A stretch of DNA of 64,000 nt, taken from contig QIBC01000002.1 of assembly GCA_003225215.1 (NCBI GenBank), positions 6,589 through 70,588 on the forward strand, written 5' to 3'. A program made the translations under genes and the position numbers. Source of the stretch: Acidobacteriota bacterium. Its GTDB lineage: Bacteria > Acidobacteriota > Terriglobia > Terriglobales > Acidobacteriaceae. The notes below the pieces were generated by a model. The model did not search any database. It was not told where the DNA came from and saw nothing but the letters and a program-made list of their open reading frames with translations. Shown one piece after another: positions 17,442 to 26,873 of this stretch. Within the stretch, counting starts at the first letter, position 1; every line of letters begins with the position of its first letter.

Positions 17442-19208
17442 GTGCCTTCACAGATCCAACTGCGCTCAAGTTCGGAAACGAAAGGATTCCTGCGCAAGTA
17501 CATCTTCAGCACGAATCACAAAACAGTCGGCATTCAATACTTCTTTCTTTCACTCTTTGCCGTTGTAGTGGGCATGGCGCTCTCCTGGCTGATGCGGATC
17601 CATGTTGCCTGGAGCGGGGTGCGAATCTTCGGGCTTGAACATCTCTCTGCTGCCGGAGCTCCAGGTGGAGTGATTACGCCTGAGTACTACCTGTCACTCA
17701 TGACACTTCACGGCACGATCATGATTTTTTTCGTGCTCACGCTCGCTCCCCAGAACGCATTTGGGAATTACTTCCTGCCTCTGCAAATCGGAGCGGAGGA
17801 GACCGCGTTTCCAATCGTGAACATGTTGTCGTTCTGGACTACGTTGGTTGCGCTCCTTGTTTTGCTCGCGACACTATTTGTTGGAGATGGACCGCCTATT
17901 TCCGGGTGGACGGCATATCCGCCCATGAGCGCCGTCGGAAAGGATGCTGGCCCGGGATTGGGCACAGGACAGAATCTCTGGATCATTTCCATTGGGATCT
18001 TCTGCATTGCTTCAGTCCTGAGTTCAATCAATTTCATCGCTACGTTCATGGATATGCGCTGCAAGGGCATGGCGCTCATGCGGCTGCCGCTTACGTGCTG
18101 GGCATGGTTCATTACGGCGATTATGAGTCTGTTGAGTTTTGCCGTCCTGCTCGCGGCTGTCTTGTTGCTCCTGCTGGATCGCACGGCGGGCACGAGTTTC
18201 TTCGTGCCGGCTAATCTGCTGGTCAGTGGCAAGATTGAGCCGCACTCCGGGGGATCGCCTCTGCTGTGGCAGCACCTGTTCTGGTTCTTCGGCCATCCCG
18301 AGGTGTACATCACGATTCTTCCTGGGTTCGGGATCGTCTCTCACGTTTTGTCTTGCTTTTCGCGCAAGCCAATCCTGGGCTACAAATTAGTGCTGGGATG
18401 CATGCTGGCAATCGGCTTTCTTAGCTTTATCGTGTGGGGCCACCACATGTTCGTGAGCGGGATGAGTCCCTTTTCAGGATTCCTATTCTCGATTCCGACG
18501 ATCGTCATCTCTTTGCCCGCAACTATTACGACTCTTCTCTGGTTAGGCACGCTTTGGGGCGGCAGGCTGCAGTTCAGTACTTCGATGATGTTCGGTCTGG
18601 GATTTGTCTCAACCTTTGTCGCCGGCGGGCTTGGCGGGATTCTGCTGGCGCATCCTGCTGTCGATTCGTATCTGCATGCCACATACTTCGTGGTTGGTCA
18701 CCTGCACATGGTCATGGGAGTCTCGGCGATTTTCGCAATCTTCGCTGCGATTTACTTTTGGTATCCCAAGATGTTCGGAAAGATGCTGAATGAGCGGCTT
18801 GGCTTGATTCACTTCGGGCTTACCTTCATCGGTGTCTATTGCATCTTCATGCCCATGCATTTGCTCGGGTTCGCAGGAAATCCGCGCCGTTACGCAATTC
18901 TCAGCGACGACTTTCTGATTCGGCTGATTCCCCTGCATCAGTTCATTACTGTCGCGGCTCTGATCACGGGAGCGGTCCAGTTTTTGTTTCTGTTTAACCT
19001 GTTCTGGAGTCTCTACCGGGGAGAACCTGCTCCTGCGAACCCCTGGAGTGCGACGTCCTTAGAGTGGGAAACGAGTTCTCCTCCGCCGATTGGAAACTTC
19101 AGGCGGCAGCCCATCGTCAATCATGGGGCTTATGAATACGGGGAAACAAACATCGAGCGCGATTTCGTTATGCAATCAGATCCGGAAAGTGTGAGGATGA
19201 AGGCGTGA
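17442..19208 (+). CDS. ctaD: cytochrome c oxidase subunit I
   Basis: FSTNHKTVGIQY, WFFGHPEVYI, HHMF and 12 TM helices, giving the heme-copper oxidase signature. Confidence 0.96.
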   Translation: MPSQIQLRSSSETKGFLRKYIFSTNHKTVGIQYFFLSLFAVVVGMALSWLMRIHVAWSGVRIFGLEHLSAAGAPGGVITPEYYLSLMTLHGTIMIFFVLTLAPQNAFGNYFLPLQIGAEETAFPIVNMLSFWTTLVALLVLLATLFVGDGPPISGWTAYPPMSAVGKDAGPGLGTGQNLWIISIGIFCIASVLSSINFIATFMDMRCKGMALMRLPLTCWAWFITAIMSLLSFAVLLAAVLLLLLDRTAGTSFFVPANLLVSGKIEPHSGGSPLLWQHLFWFFGHPEVYITILPGFGIVSHVLSCFSRKPILGYKLVLGCMLAIGFLSFIVWGHHMFVSGMSPFSGFLFSIPTIVISLPATITTLLWLGTLWGGRLQFSTSMMFGLGFVSTFVAGGLGGILLAHPAVDSYLHATYFVVGHLHMVMGVSAIFAIFAAIYFWYPKMFGKMLNERLGLIHFGLTFIGVYCIFMPMHLLGFAGNPRRYAILSDDFLIRLIPLHQFITVAALITGAVQFLFLFNLFWSLYRGEPAPANPWSATSLEWETSSPPPIGNFRRQPIVNHGAYEYGETNIERDFVMQSDPESVRMKA

Positions 19209-19504
19209 AACGGTGGAAGAGCGGCGCGCTGGTGGCTGGAGTACTGTGTTCCGCCATAGCGTTTTCGGAGAACGCGTTCGCTCAGGGATGCGCCTCATGC
19301 TACACATCGGCTGCGGCCGGGGGACCCGAGACGGCTCACGCGCTGCGGAGCGGAATCCTGCTGCTGCTGTTTCCCCCAACGATAATTTTTGCCGGTATCA
19401 TCATTACGCTGCGAAGATGGAAGAGTGCGGCTCCGGGAATCGGGACTTCGATAAATCGACAGCGCCAAGCCGGAGCTTCGCTAAGCGATGAGAGGACGAC
19501 ATGA
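19205..19504 (+). CDS. small membrane protein inside the oxidase operon (signal peptide, GCASC motif, one TM)
   Basis: GTGA overlap with the ctaD stop and ATGA overlap with the next gene. It has a signal-like N-terminus ...AFSENAFAQ-GCASCY and a TM segment ILLLLFPPTIIFAGIIITL. Confidence 0.5.
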   Translation: MKRWKSGALVAGVLCSAIAFSENAFAQGCASCYTSAAAGGPETAHALRSGILLLLFPPTIIFAGIIITLRRWKSAAPGIGTSINRQRQAGASLSDERTT

Positions 19505-20184
19505 GCGTCTTGTCTCCGATTTCGGCCGCGGATTCGGGCGGTGGTACTCCAACATTCTTAAGTCCGCCGATCGGCTGCGATGAAGCTGAATTTCCCATTC
19601 TGTTGAGACGTTACCGTCTCGGACTTGCATTGTTTGTGGCGGCGATCGGAATGTTGTTTGTCGGATTCAGCAGTGCATATGTGGTTCGCAGAGGCATTCC
19701 AATATATGACGCGGGAACGGGTGGTTACTCGACTGACTGGGAACCGTTGCGTCTTCCGATTCGATTGCTTCTCTTCAACAGTTGTCTCCTGATCTGCGCT
19801 AGCGTGGCCATGGAAGTTGTCCGGCGTAAGACAAGTGCCTTCGTGTATCCGAGCGAAACAAATGGGCGCGAGGTGACGTTGTGGCTCAGCGCATCTCTGC
19901 TGCTGGGTACTGCGTTTCTGCTAGGACAGGGAATTGCCTGGCATGCACTCGTATCCAGCGGCCGATTCCTGAGTACAGGGGCGCGTACAGCTTTCTTTTA
20001 TGTGCTCACCAGCACGCATGCACTCCACGCTTTGCTTGGAGTGTTGGCAGTTGCCGCGATTGCGAGCTTTGGTGCGCGAATTTCGCCTGCTCGAAGGTAC
20101 GTTGCAGTGGATCTAACCGCCTGGTACCTGCACGCAATGACCTTGTTGTGGGTCTATCTGCTCTGCTTCTTGCTGTTCGCCTAA
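19501..20184 (+). CDS. ctaE: heme-copper oxidase subunit III
   Basis: Five hydrophobic helices, FFYVLTSTHALHALLG and TAWYLHAMTLLWVYL (the counterpart of WYWHFVDVVW). Confidence 0.8.
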   Translation: MSVLSPISAADSGGGTPTFLSPPIGCDEAEFPILLRRYRLGLALFVAAIGMLFVGFSSAYVVRRGIPIYDAGTGGYSTDWEPLRLPIRLLLFNSCLLICASVAMEVVRRKTSAFVYPSETNGREVTLWLSASLLLGTAFLLGQGIAWHALVSSGRFLSTGARTAFFYVLTSTHALHALLGVLAVAAIASFGARISPARRYVAVDLTAWYLHAMTLLWVYLLCFLLFA

Positions 20185-20210
20185 AGGCTGCGCGAGTTCC
20201 ATAATGGAAC

Positions 20211-20410
20211 GGAATTTCCCTGCTAATTCCCTGTTGTTTTCTTGAATCTTCAGCAAACCAGGGCTAAGTGCCTTGCTGGATAATGGTTTGCGGAGAAATC
20301 CATACGAATCCCTGATAATTCCCTGGTTTTGAATGAAATTTGCGAATTTTGGGCAGAATTCTGGGCTTGCGCAGCCGAAATCAAGAACTGCCTGTTATTT
20401 TCGCTGTTCT
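20211..20410. repeat. dispersed ~200-bp intergenic repeat, copy A
   Basis: It aligns along its length with 52468-52682. The core 20293-20361 matches 52549-52617 at 59 of 69 positions and ends in ttttgggcagaattc. Confidence 0.8.
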
Positions 20411-20413
20411 CGA

Positions 20414-21094
20414 TCAAATAACGGCGGTAATGCTCGTTCCCGTGGCTGCGAATACGCCGGCTACCTCGAGCTCGGCAATTTCCAGGAAGCACCGCAGTAC
20501 GTGCGGATCGAACTGCGTGCCGCTGCCGGCATTGAGACGGCGAATCGCTTCCACGTGGTCGAGTCCCTTTCGGTAGCAGCGGTTGGAAATCATAGCGTCA
20601 AAGGCGTCGACGATAGATACGATGCGCGAACCCAGCGGGATCTCCTCTCCCTTCAGACCACCTGGGTATCCGGTGCCCTCGAAGGATTCGTGATGATGGA
20701 GAGCGAACAGGCTGGCCTCTTCCAGTCCGGGAAACAGCCGCAGGATCGACCAGCTGTACTCCGGATGTTTGTTCATGATGGCACGCTCTTCGTCGGTGAG
20801 CCTGCTCGGCTTCTTTAGGATTGCGTCGGGAACGCCAATCTTGCCGATGTCGTGCAGGAGAGCGGCAACTTCATACTGATACAAGTTCTCTTCTTCAATC
20901 CCCAGTCTACGCGCCACTCTTACGGCCCACTCAGCCAAACGCGTGCTGTGCACTCCGGTGTTGAGATCCTTCAAATCCAGCAGCTGATTCAATGCGCATA
21001 TAGTGGCGGTGCGCATGGTCACCTGCTGCTCTTCGAGTTCCTTGACGCGAAGAAACAGCGGTGACCAGGAATCAAATGTTTGATGCAGGCTCAT
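20414..21094 (-). CDS. HD-GYP domain protein (putative c-di-GMP phosphodiesterase), no receiver domain
   Basis: LHDIGKIGVP, HHHESFEGTGYPGGLKGEEIP and VDAFDAM. The start is uncertain, either 21094 or 21145. Confidence 0.85.
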   Translation of the reverse strand: MSLHQTFDSWSPLFLRVKELEEQQVTMRTATICALNQLLDLKDLNTGVHSTRLAEWAVRVARRLGIEEENLYQYEVAALLHDIGKIGVPDAILKKPSRLTDEERAIMNKHPEYSWSILRLFPGLEEASLFALHHHESFEGTGYPGGLKGEEIPLGSRIVSIVDAFDAMISNRCYRKGLDHVEAIRRLNAGSGTQFDPHVLRCFLEIAELEVAGVFAATGTSITAVI

Positions 21095-21114
21095 GCGCGT
21101 CGTCAAACCCTGGG

Positions 21115-22569
21115 CTACCACGAAATCCCGACCGCATACCTCCACGCCTTCACGGCCTGATAACTATCGAGCACTCCGTATCCGTACTGTGAGTACGGAA
21201 TCTGCCGTGCGTTGGAGAGAGCCTTAGCCGCCTGCTGCTTTGTGAGCAGCAGAGAATTTACGTCGGCCATTAGAGCCACCGTGCCGGAGACCAGAGGAGC
21301 GCTGAACGAAGTACCCCAACCCACTGCGTAAGTGTTGAATGGATACGTCGTCATCACAGCTTCACCAGGAGCTGACAACCACACCGGCGGTGCACCGTAG
21401 TTTGAGAACGCCGAAGGGGTGTTGTCGTTGGACGTGGAAGCCACATCGATGACGTTCGGCAGCGACGCCGGATACACCGCATTCATTTGCCCATCATTTC
21501 CAGCAGAGGCAACGCAGATAACCCCGCGCATAGTCGCGTAATTGATAGCCGTCGCGAGCTCCTGCGAGTAAGTGGTGAAATCGAAGCTCATGCTGATGAC
21601 TTTGGCTCCGTGGTTGGTCGCATAGTAAATAGCACGCAGAACGTCGGAGGCATATCCGGTTCCGTTTGCGTTGAATGCCTTCAACGGCATGATTTTTGCG
21701 TTGGGCGCTACCAGATGCACGATGCCGGCGGTCATAGTGCCGTGTCCAAATGCGGAATATTTGGAATTGTCGACCACGCCCACTGTGGATTGATCGACAA
21801 CGCCAACCGTAGATTGATTGAGCTGCGCAGGTTGTGCTGAGCCATCCACCACGCCGACTGTGGACTGGTTAATGTCTCCCAGCTCCGATCCACCGGACCG
21901 ATTGCGCGTGAAATCGTAACCATACACTAGCCGGTTCTGGAGGACGGTATTGTTCGGGTCGACGCCAGTGTCGATGATCGCAACCGTAACGCCAGTCCCA
22001 TCCACGCCGTAAGCTGATTGCGTCGTGCTGCTTCTGATGATCTGGTTCGGAGTCTGCAGAACGTATCCTTCCCAAACGGTTGCCCCGTAGTAGGACACGG
22101 GAGTTCTGTCGGTCAGGTAGTCGGGCGTGCTTCCGACGGTCGTTCCTTGCGTCGCTACCGCCTGGTCCTGTTCCACATTGGTGATGCCGGCGCCAGATAA
22201 GAGCTGAGTCAAGAAGACCACTGGGCTGAGAAGAGCGGAAGTTGTGACCACGTAGAGCTGAGCATCTGGGTCACCGATGCCCTGGAGTACCTTACAGCCA
22301 AAAAGCAAGCAGGTAAGGTTCAAACCAAGCAGGCCCTTGGTATCCCGCACGATGTAGCGGTTGGTTCCGAGCAGTCCGCCGCCACCCAGCAATCCGCCAA
22401 GCAACTGCGCGTTCGTCTTCGGAGGAGGAGGTGTAATGGCAAATCCTGGCTGTACGTACACCGCGAATAACGCCAGAGTTAAAGTTACGCTGATCCCCGC
22501 CTTCGCTCGGCTGCGCTTCTCGACAAGACTCGTCTTATTGCTAGTCATTGGATCTCCAGAGACTCTCAC
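21115..22569 (-). CDS. secreted S8 (subtilisin-like) serine peptidase with triplicated QSTVGVVD insert
   Basis: Catalytic Asp in VAIIDTGVD, His in FGHGTMTAG and Ser in GTSFSAPLVSG. It has a signal/TM segment ISVTLTLALFAVYV, and the three octapeptide repeats lie between the Asp and the His. Confidence 0.9.
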   Translation of the reverse strand: MRVSGDPMTSNKTSLVEKRSRAKAGISVTLTLALFAVYVQPGFAITPPPPKTNAQLLGGLLGGGGLLGTNRYIVRDTKGLLGLNLTCLLFGCKVLQGIGDPDAQLYVVTTSALLSPVVFLTQLLSGAGITNVEQDQAVATQGTTVGSTPDYLTDRTPVSYYGATVWEGYVLQTPNQIIRSSTTQSAYGVDGTGVTVAIIDTGVDPNNTVLQNRLVYGYDFTRNRSGGSELGDINQSTVGVVDGSAQPAQLNQSTVGVVDQSTVGVVDNSKYSAFGHGTMTAGIVHLVAPNAKIMPLKAFNANGTGYASDVLRAIYYATNHGAKVISMSFDFTTYSQELATAINYATMRGVICVASAGNDGQMNAVYPASLPNVIDVASTSNDNTPSAFSNYGAPPVWLSAPGEAVMTTYPFNTYAVGWGTSFSAPLVSGTVALMADVNSLLLTKQQAAKALSNARQIPYSQYGYGVLDSYQAVKAWRYAVGISW

Positions 22570-22660
22570 GCCTCTTAAAATTGGAAGGGGGACTACAGCG
22601 GGGGATATCCAGTCTATTCGGCGCCCAGCTCTACGGCCAGTTACGCTCGTAACCTCAAAC

Positions 22661-23305
22661 TCAATTCGGTCCTCGGCTTGCCCCGGCCGGTCGCTTGCGT
22701 TCCTCTACGCCAGTTATAGGCAGGTAAACAGGCGCTGCATCACCAACCGTGACTGAAAGGCGCAAGTTGTTCTTGAGAAGGAACTCGATCTGAAACTCGC
22801 CGTTGTTGTTACTAATGGCGCTGGCGACATTCTTGCGGCCGTCCAGAAGGATCACGGGGACTCCCGATACGGGATGGCCGGGGCGAGCGCTGTCCAGCAT
22901 CTGGCCAACTAAGGCGGCCCGCTCGGAGTTTACTTCAGAATCAACGCGCATATCTACGTAGACGGTCCCGACCCGGTATAACAATTGACGCGCGGACGCC
23001 ACAGAAGCTCTCGCGCCAACAAGAGCAGGCTGCGCCAGGCTGTCGAAGAGAAGCTCGAACGCCCGCTTCGGATGTACAGCTTCCCGTTGTTGAGCTTCGA
23101 AATGCGCCTTCGCTATGCGCACGATGCCTGCAGGAGGCTCGTAAGCTGATTCATTGGCCCCTACACGGATGACATCGCGGAACATTTCAGCAAGATCCGC
23201 GCACTCGCGGCATTCTGCGACGTGTTGTCGAACCTGACTGGCCTCGCTTGGGGGTAAGGTGTGCCGAACAAATTCAGCCAGCGATTCTTGAGGGACGTGC
23301 CGCAT
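22661..23305 (-). CDS. putative zinc-binding (ZAS, zf-HC2) anti-sigma factor without TM segment, C-terminal CarboxypepD_reg-like domain
   Basis: H-x3-C-x2-C in QHVAECRECADL. No hydrophobic helix is present. The C-terminus has VSGVPVILLDGRKNVASAISNNNGEFQIEF, a prealbumin-like pattern. Confidence 0.65.
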   Translation of the reverse strand: MRHVPQESLAEFVRHTLPPSEASQVRQHVAECRECADLAEMFRDVIRVGANESAYEPPAGIVRIAKAHFEAQQREAVHPKRAFELLFDSLAQPALVGARASVASARQLLYRVGTVYVDMRVDSEVNSERAALVGQMLDSARPGHPVSGVPVILLDGRKNVASAISNNNGEFQIEFLLKNNLRLSVTVGDAAPVYLPITGVEERKRPAGASRGPN

Positions 23306-23415
23306 TAGATCTCCCGCAGGCGCTGCGTTCTCGGGCGCCGGTTGATATCTCTTTCACAACTGAGCATAAGTGCATGCAGCCGGACCAAAAATATAGGCCA
23401 GCGGTAAAAAAATTG

Positions 23416-26292
23416 TCACGCTGAACCATTCGCGTATTTGCCCATCAAGACAAACGGAGCCCATTGATAAGGATGCGGATATCGCTCCCGCAATAGGAGC
23501 ATCGCGTCGCGCATCGCTATCGCTTTATCTTCGCCTGTCTGAAGCCGCTCGTAAAATGTGGCCATGAAATCCGCGGTGCTCTGATCGTGGACATCCCATA
23601 AGCTCAACAACAAGGATTGCGCGCCTGCCTGGAATAAACCCCGAGCCAATCCGATCAGTTCGTCTCCGGCTGCAACCACGTTCAGACCTGTGGCGCAACC
23701 ACTTAGCGTCACCAGTTCCACCGGCAAGCGCAATTGATACAGGTCGTAGAGGCTTAAATAGGAATTCCCCATTCGAATCGAAGAAAACATCGGGCTGTCT
23801 TGCCGAAAATAACCGTGCGTCGCGATGTGGATCAGCCGTGCACTTTGTGCAACAGTTTTGAGGATGTACTCGGTGGCAAATCTGCCCACGAACATCTTGG
23901 GCTGCGGCAGAATCTTGCACAAAGCACGCAATTCTCCAAGAATCGATGGAGCGTTCTGATCTGGAACTCCCATTAACAACGCGGCGCCCGATTTGTTTAC
24001 TGTGTTCTTCGTACAAACGGCGTAGATGCTAGCGCTGGGTGCATATGAGACTGTGTAGTCATCGATCAAATATCGGTCGCCGTCGAAGAGAGCGTGGAAC
24101 GGAACATAGTGCAAAGCGCCATGCGGCACAAAAAGCAAATGCTTTGCATTCATCCGGTCGCGAATAGGCGCCAGAAGTTCGTCGTAAAGCGTTTTCAAAT
24201 GCGCATTTGTAGATTGAATTAGCGAATCCCTAAATGCTGACGCATATTCAGTGCCGAGGCGGTACTTTGACAGCTGGAACTGCAGCAATCGCAATGCGTT
24301 GCTGATTCGTGATGCCAGTGTGACTGGAAGGATTTGCAGGCGTTCTCGGCCAAGGAGGCAAGCTAGGATGCGATCTCCGGTCTGGAAGTACTCGACGATG
24401 AGCGTGTCGGGAGTGATCGCCGCGCGTACTTCGTCGATCGATACATTCTTGCTCGCCTGCATTTCCGGATTGTTGACGCCGGAAAGATTTGATTCTTGTA
24501 GGACACGAATCAGATCCGTTTCGCGCGCCCGTACCTGCTCCTCCAGCCGCTTTATGTGCCCCGGAGAACGATGCTCCGGGCGAAGCTGCTCGAGTTCGAT
24601 CAAGCTGTAATACCAATTCAACTCGTCGCGCAGACTGCGCATCCGGCGAACCAGATCGCTTTGACCGCTCTCGTCCGTGCTTGAGTACACCGGTTGCAGC
24701 ATCTGATCCATTAACGTGCGTGACTTGGCCTCTTCGATATATCCGAACGCCTCCTCCAGCGAATTCCTGCCGTAGTGGCCGGAGAGGCATGAGTCCACGA
24801 GCAACTCATAAACTTCAAGACGATTTTTGAGAAATGCTAACTTGAGTTCCTGGCCCCGCAGATTGCTGCGCAACATCTCCAGGGACTCGCGGGAGCTGCG
24901 AAAGCATTCGTACGCATCTTGCTTGTTTCCAGAATGGGAATGCATTTGCCCCATCAGCAGATACGCCTGGTGACGCAACATGGGAGCCTGCATGTCTTTC
25001 AACTTCTCGATCGCAATGCTGCATTCCTTATGTGCGGTTGCAAGATCACTGGTGCGCTGAGCAATGCGTGCGAGCAAGAGCCGGCAGAGCACGGCCTTTC
25101 CTGGCAGCAAGGAAGAATCGAAGAATGTGAGAGCAGCCTTTGCCAGCCTGCGAGCCTCGAAGTGCCGGCCCTCGTTGAACAACACCAGAGCCTGGTATAG
25201 ATCGATCAGCGATGGCCAGACCTGGTTCTTCTCCTTGACGAACATTTCCCGAGCGCGAGCAAAGAGTTTTAAACTCTGAAACGCCTGACCCTGCTGGCCC
25301 ATGGCAATGGCTTCAAAGGCGAGGCATTTGGCGGATTCATAACCCATCTGTAAAGCTTCAAATTCAGCAAAACCAAGACGGGCAAGCTCGGCTGCTTCCG
25401 CTCCCAGATTCAGCTCCAGGTAAAGTTCCGAGAGATCAAGATTGCAGAGACCAGAGTGATAGCGATCGTCAATTTTGTTGCAGCGCAGCCGCGTGGAGCG
25501 CAGCATGTCGATCGCCTGGCTGTACTCGCCGCGCAAAAAATAGAGATAAGCAATGTTGTAGTCCGCCTGCGCAACCAGCAGTGGCATGCCGTGTTTCTCG
25601 CAATACTCGCGGGCGTGCTGATGGGTCTCAAGTGCTTCTTGAAATTGGCCCAGACTGATCAGGCAAATGGAGAGATTGCTAAGCGCAGCAGCGATTCCTT
25701 CGCTATTTCCATGTTTGATCACACCATCGTAGGCACGGCGGTAGCATGCCAGCGCGTCTGCGAAGCGGTCCTGACGGTAAAACACATTCCCGATGTTGAT
25801 CTCGAGACGCGACAGCCGTAGCTCGTCGCCCAGCTGGGTGAAGATCGCGCGCGCGCTCTCAGCAGCCGAGAATGCGGCGTCATAATCTCCGCACAAGTTC
25901 AACGAAAGGATGCTGGCGCTCAGGGTCCTTCCAATCTCTTCTATGTTCCCGACCGCCTCAAATAACCGAGTTGCTTCTTTGTGCAGTTCGACGGCGAAAG
26001 AGTATTGCCCGAGCGCGTGCAGAGCATTGGCTTTGATGCGAGTGGCATGCGCCGTTCCGAGTTGATCTCCCAGGACTCCAGCGATCTCGATCGCCAGCTC
26101 GCCAAGGTTAAGAGACCGGCGCGCGTCTACACGCAGAGATTCTCGTGCTTGATTCGCCAGATCGACGATATTGTCCAGGCTTAGCTGATCCTTGCGGGCG
26201 GCGATAAACTCCCGTCTCGCGTTCAGATCAGAGATCACTTCGAGTTCCTGAAGAAAAGACTTCGTCGCGTCGATTGGAGCGGTCGCGCTCAT
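23416..26292 (-). CDS. TPR-repeat CHAT-domain (caspase-like) protease
   Basis: There are about 600 aa of TPR-like helical repeats. The C-terminal CHAT motifs are LIHIATHGYF (His) and LVTLSGCATG (Cys). The start was chosen at MSATAPID (ATG 26290..26292), an ATGA overlap with the sigma gene stop. Confidence 0.9.
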   Translation of the reverse strand: MSATAPIDATKSFLQELEVISDLNARREFIAARKDQLSLDNIVDLANQARESLRVDARRSLNLGELAIEIAGVLGDQLGTAHATRIKANALHALGQYSFAVELHKEATRLFEAVGNIEEIGRTLSASILSLNLCGDYDAAFSAAESARAIFTQLGDELRLSRLEINIGNVFYRQDRFADALACYRRAYDGVIKHGNSEGIAAALSNLSICLISLGQFQEALETHQHAREYCEKHGMPLLVAQADYNIAYLYFLRGEYSQAIDMLRSTRLRCNKIDDRYHSGLCNLDLSELYLELNLGAEAAELARLGFAEFEALQMGYESAKCLAFEAIAMGQQGQAFQSLKLFARAREMFVKEKNQVWPSLIDLYQALVLFNEGRHFEARRLAKAALTFFDSSLLPGKAVLCRLLLARIAQRTSDLATAHKECSIAIEKLKDMQAPMLRHQAYLLMGQMHSHSGNKQDAYECFRSSRESLEMLRSNLRGQELKLAFLKNRLEVYELLVDSCLSGHYGRNSLEEAFGYIEEAKSRTLMDQMLQPVYSSTDESGQSDLVRRMRSLRDELNWYYSLIELEQLRPEHRSPGHIKRLEEQVRARETDLIRVLQESNLSGVNNPEMQASKNVSIDEVRAAITPDTLIVEYFQTGDRILACLLGRERLQILPVTLASRISNALRLLQFQLSKYRLGTEYASAFRDSLIQSTNAHLKTLYDELLAPIRDRMNAKHLLFVPHGALHYVPFHALFDGDRYLIDDYTVSYAPSASIYAVCTKNTVNKSGAALLMGVPDQNAPSILGELRALCKILPQPKMFVGRFATEYILKTVAQSARLIHIATHGYFRQDSPMFSSIRMGNSYLSLYDLYQLRLPVELVTLSGCATGLNVVAAGDELIGLARGLFQAGAQSLLLSLWDVHDQSTADFMATFYERLQTGEDKAIAMRDAMLLLRERYPHPYQWAPFVLMGKYANGSA

Positions 26293-26873
26293 TTCCACCC
26301 TCTCGACAGGAGTTGCTTCTTCAGGCGATCTAAGCAACGCCCGCGTATGAATCCGATGGATCCGGTTGCGAGCCCGAGTTTCCGCGCGATCTGCTCGTAT
26401 GGGAGTGCTGGAACTTCGAAGAAGAGCATGCGGATTATCTCCGCGCAGCGGCCAGCTACAGCCGCAAGCGCATCTCGCAACATCTGCTCTCGCTCTGCTT
26501 CTTCCACGAGTGTGCCAGCAGTGACATTCGTCAATGCGAGGTCTTCCGAGATCTCCTGGTCCGAAATGCGGCTCTGTTGTTGGCGCCACCTGGCGCACTT
26601 GTGCACAGCCGTCTGAATGAGCCACTTTGGTAGTGCTCTTGGCTCGCGCAACCGGGACAATTCCGAGTAAAGATCCACGCAGACCGACTGAAAAATATCG
26701 TTCGCGTCCTCGCGAGGCAGCTCCCACTTCACCGGGATCGAGTAGATCAGCTTCTTGTATTTTTCAATTAACGCGGACCAGGCTTCTTGCTTGCCGTGAA
26801 GGCATTCCTGTACGAGGCGCTCGTCGGACCAGGTGGCCGTAGTCTCCTTGGCGAGTTTGGCGGTAGCGATCAC
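26289..26873 (-). CDS. ECF-type RNA polymerase sigma-70 family factor
   Basis: Region 2 (LIEKYKKLIYSIPVKW...DANDIFQSVCVDLY) and region 4 HTH (LPYEQIARKLGLATGSIGFIRGRCLDRLK). The GTG start overlaps the SBP stop (GTGA). Confidence 0.88.
   Translation of the reverse strand: MIATAKLAKETTATWSDERLVQECLHGKQEAWSALIEKYKKLIYSIPVKWELPREDANDIFQSVCVDLYSELSRLREPRALPKWLIQTAVHKCARWRQQQSRISDQEISEDLALTNVTAGTLVEEAEREQMLRDALAAVAGRCAEIIRMLFFEVPALPYEQIARKLGLATGSIGFIRGRCLDRLKKQLLSRGWK

Noticed and set aside
16986-17568. ORFs 16986..17441 and 17164..17568 in the ctaC-ctaD spacer.
   Set aside because: They run through a 163-nt palindrome, have Arg/Ser/Cys-rich composition, and one of them overlaps the ctaD start. 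The region is better explained as structured non-coding DNA.
19205-19504. A cytochrome c (heme-binding) assignment for the small oxidase-operon ORF.
   Set aside because: The motif is CASCY, not CxxCH, because no His follows the second Cys.
26293-26727. The N-terminal 145 codons of the 1103-aa CHAT ORF.
   Set aside because: They lie inside the ECF sigma gene in a different frame and are Arg-rich, low-complexity sequence. The ATGA-coupled start at 26292 was preferred.
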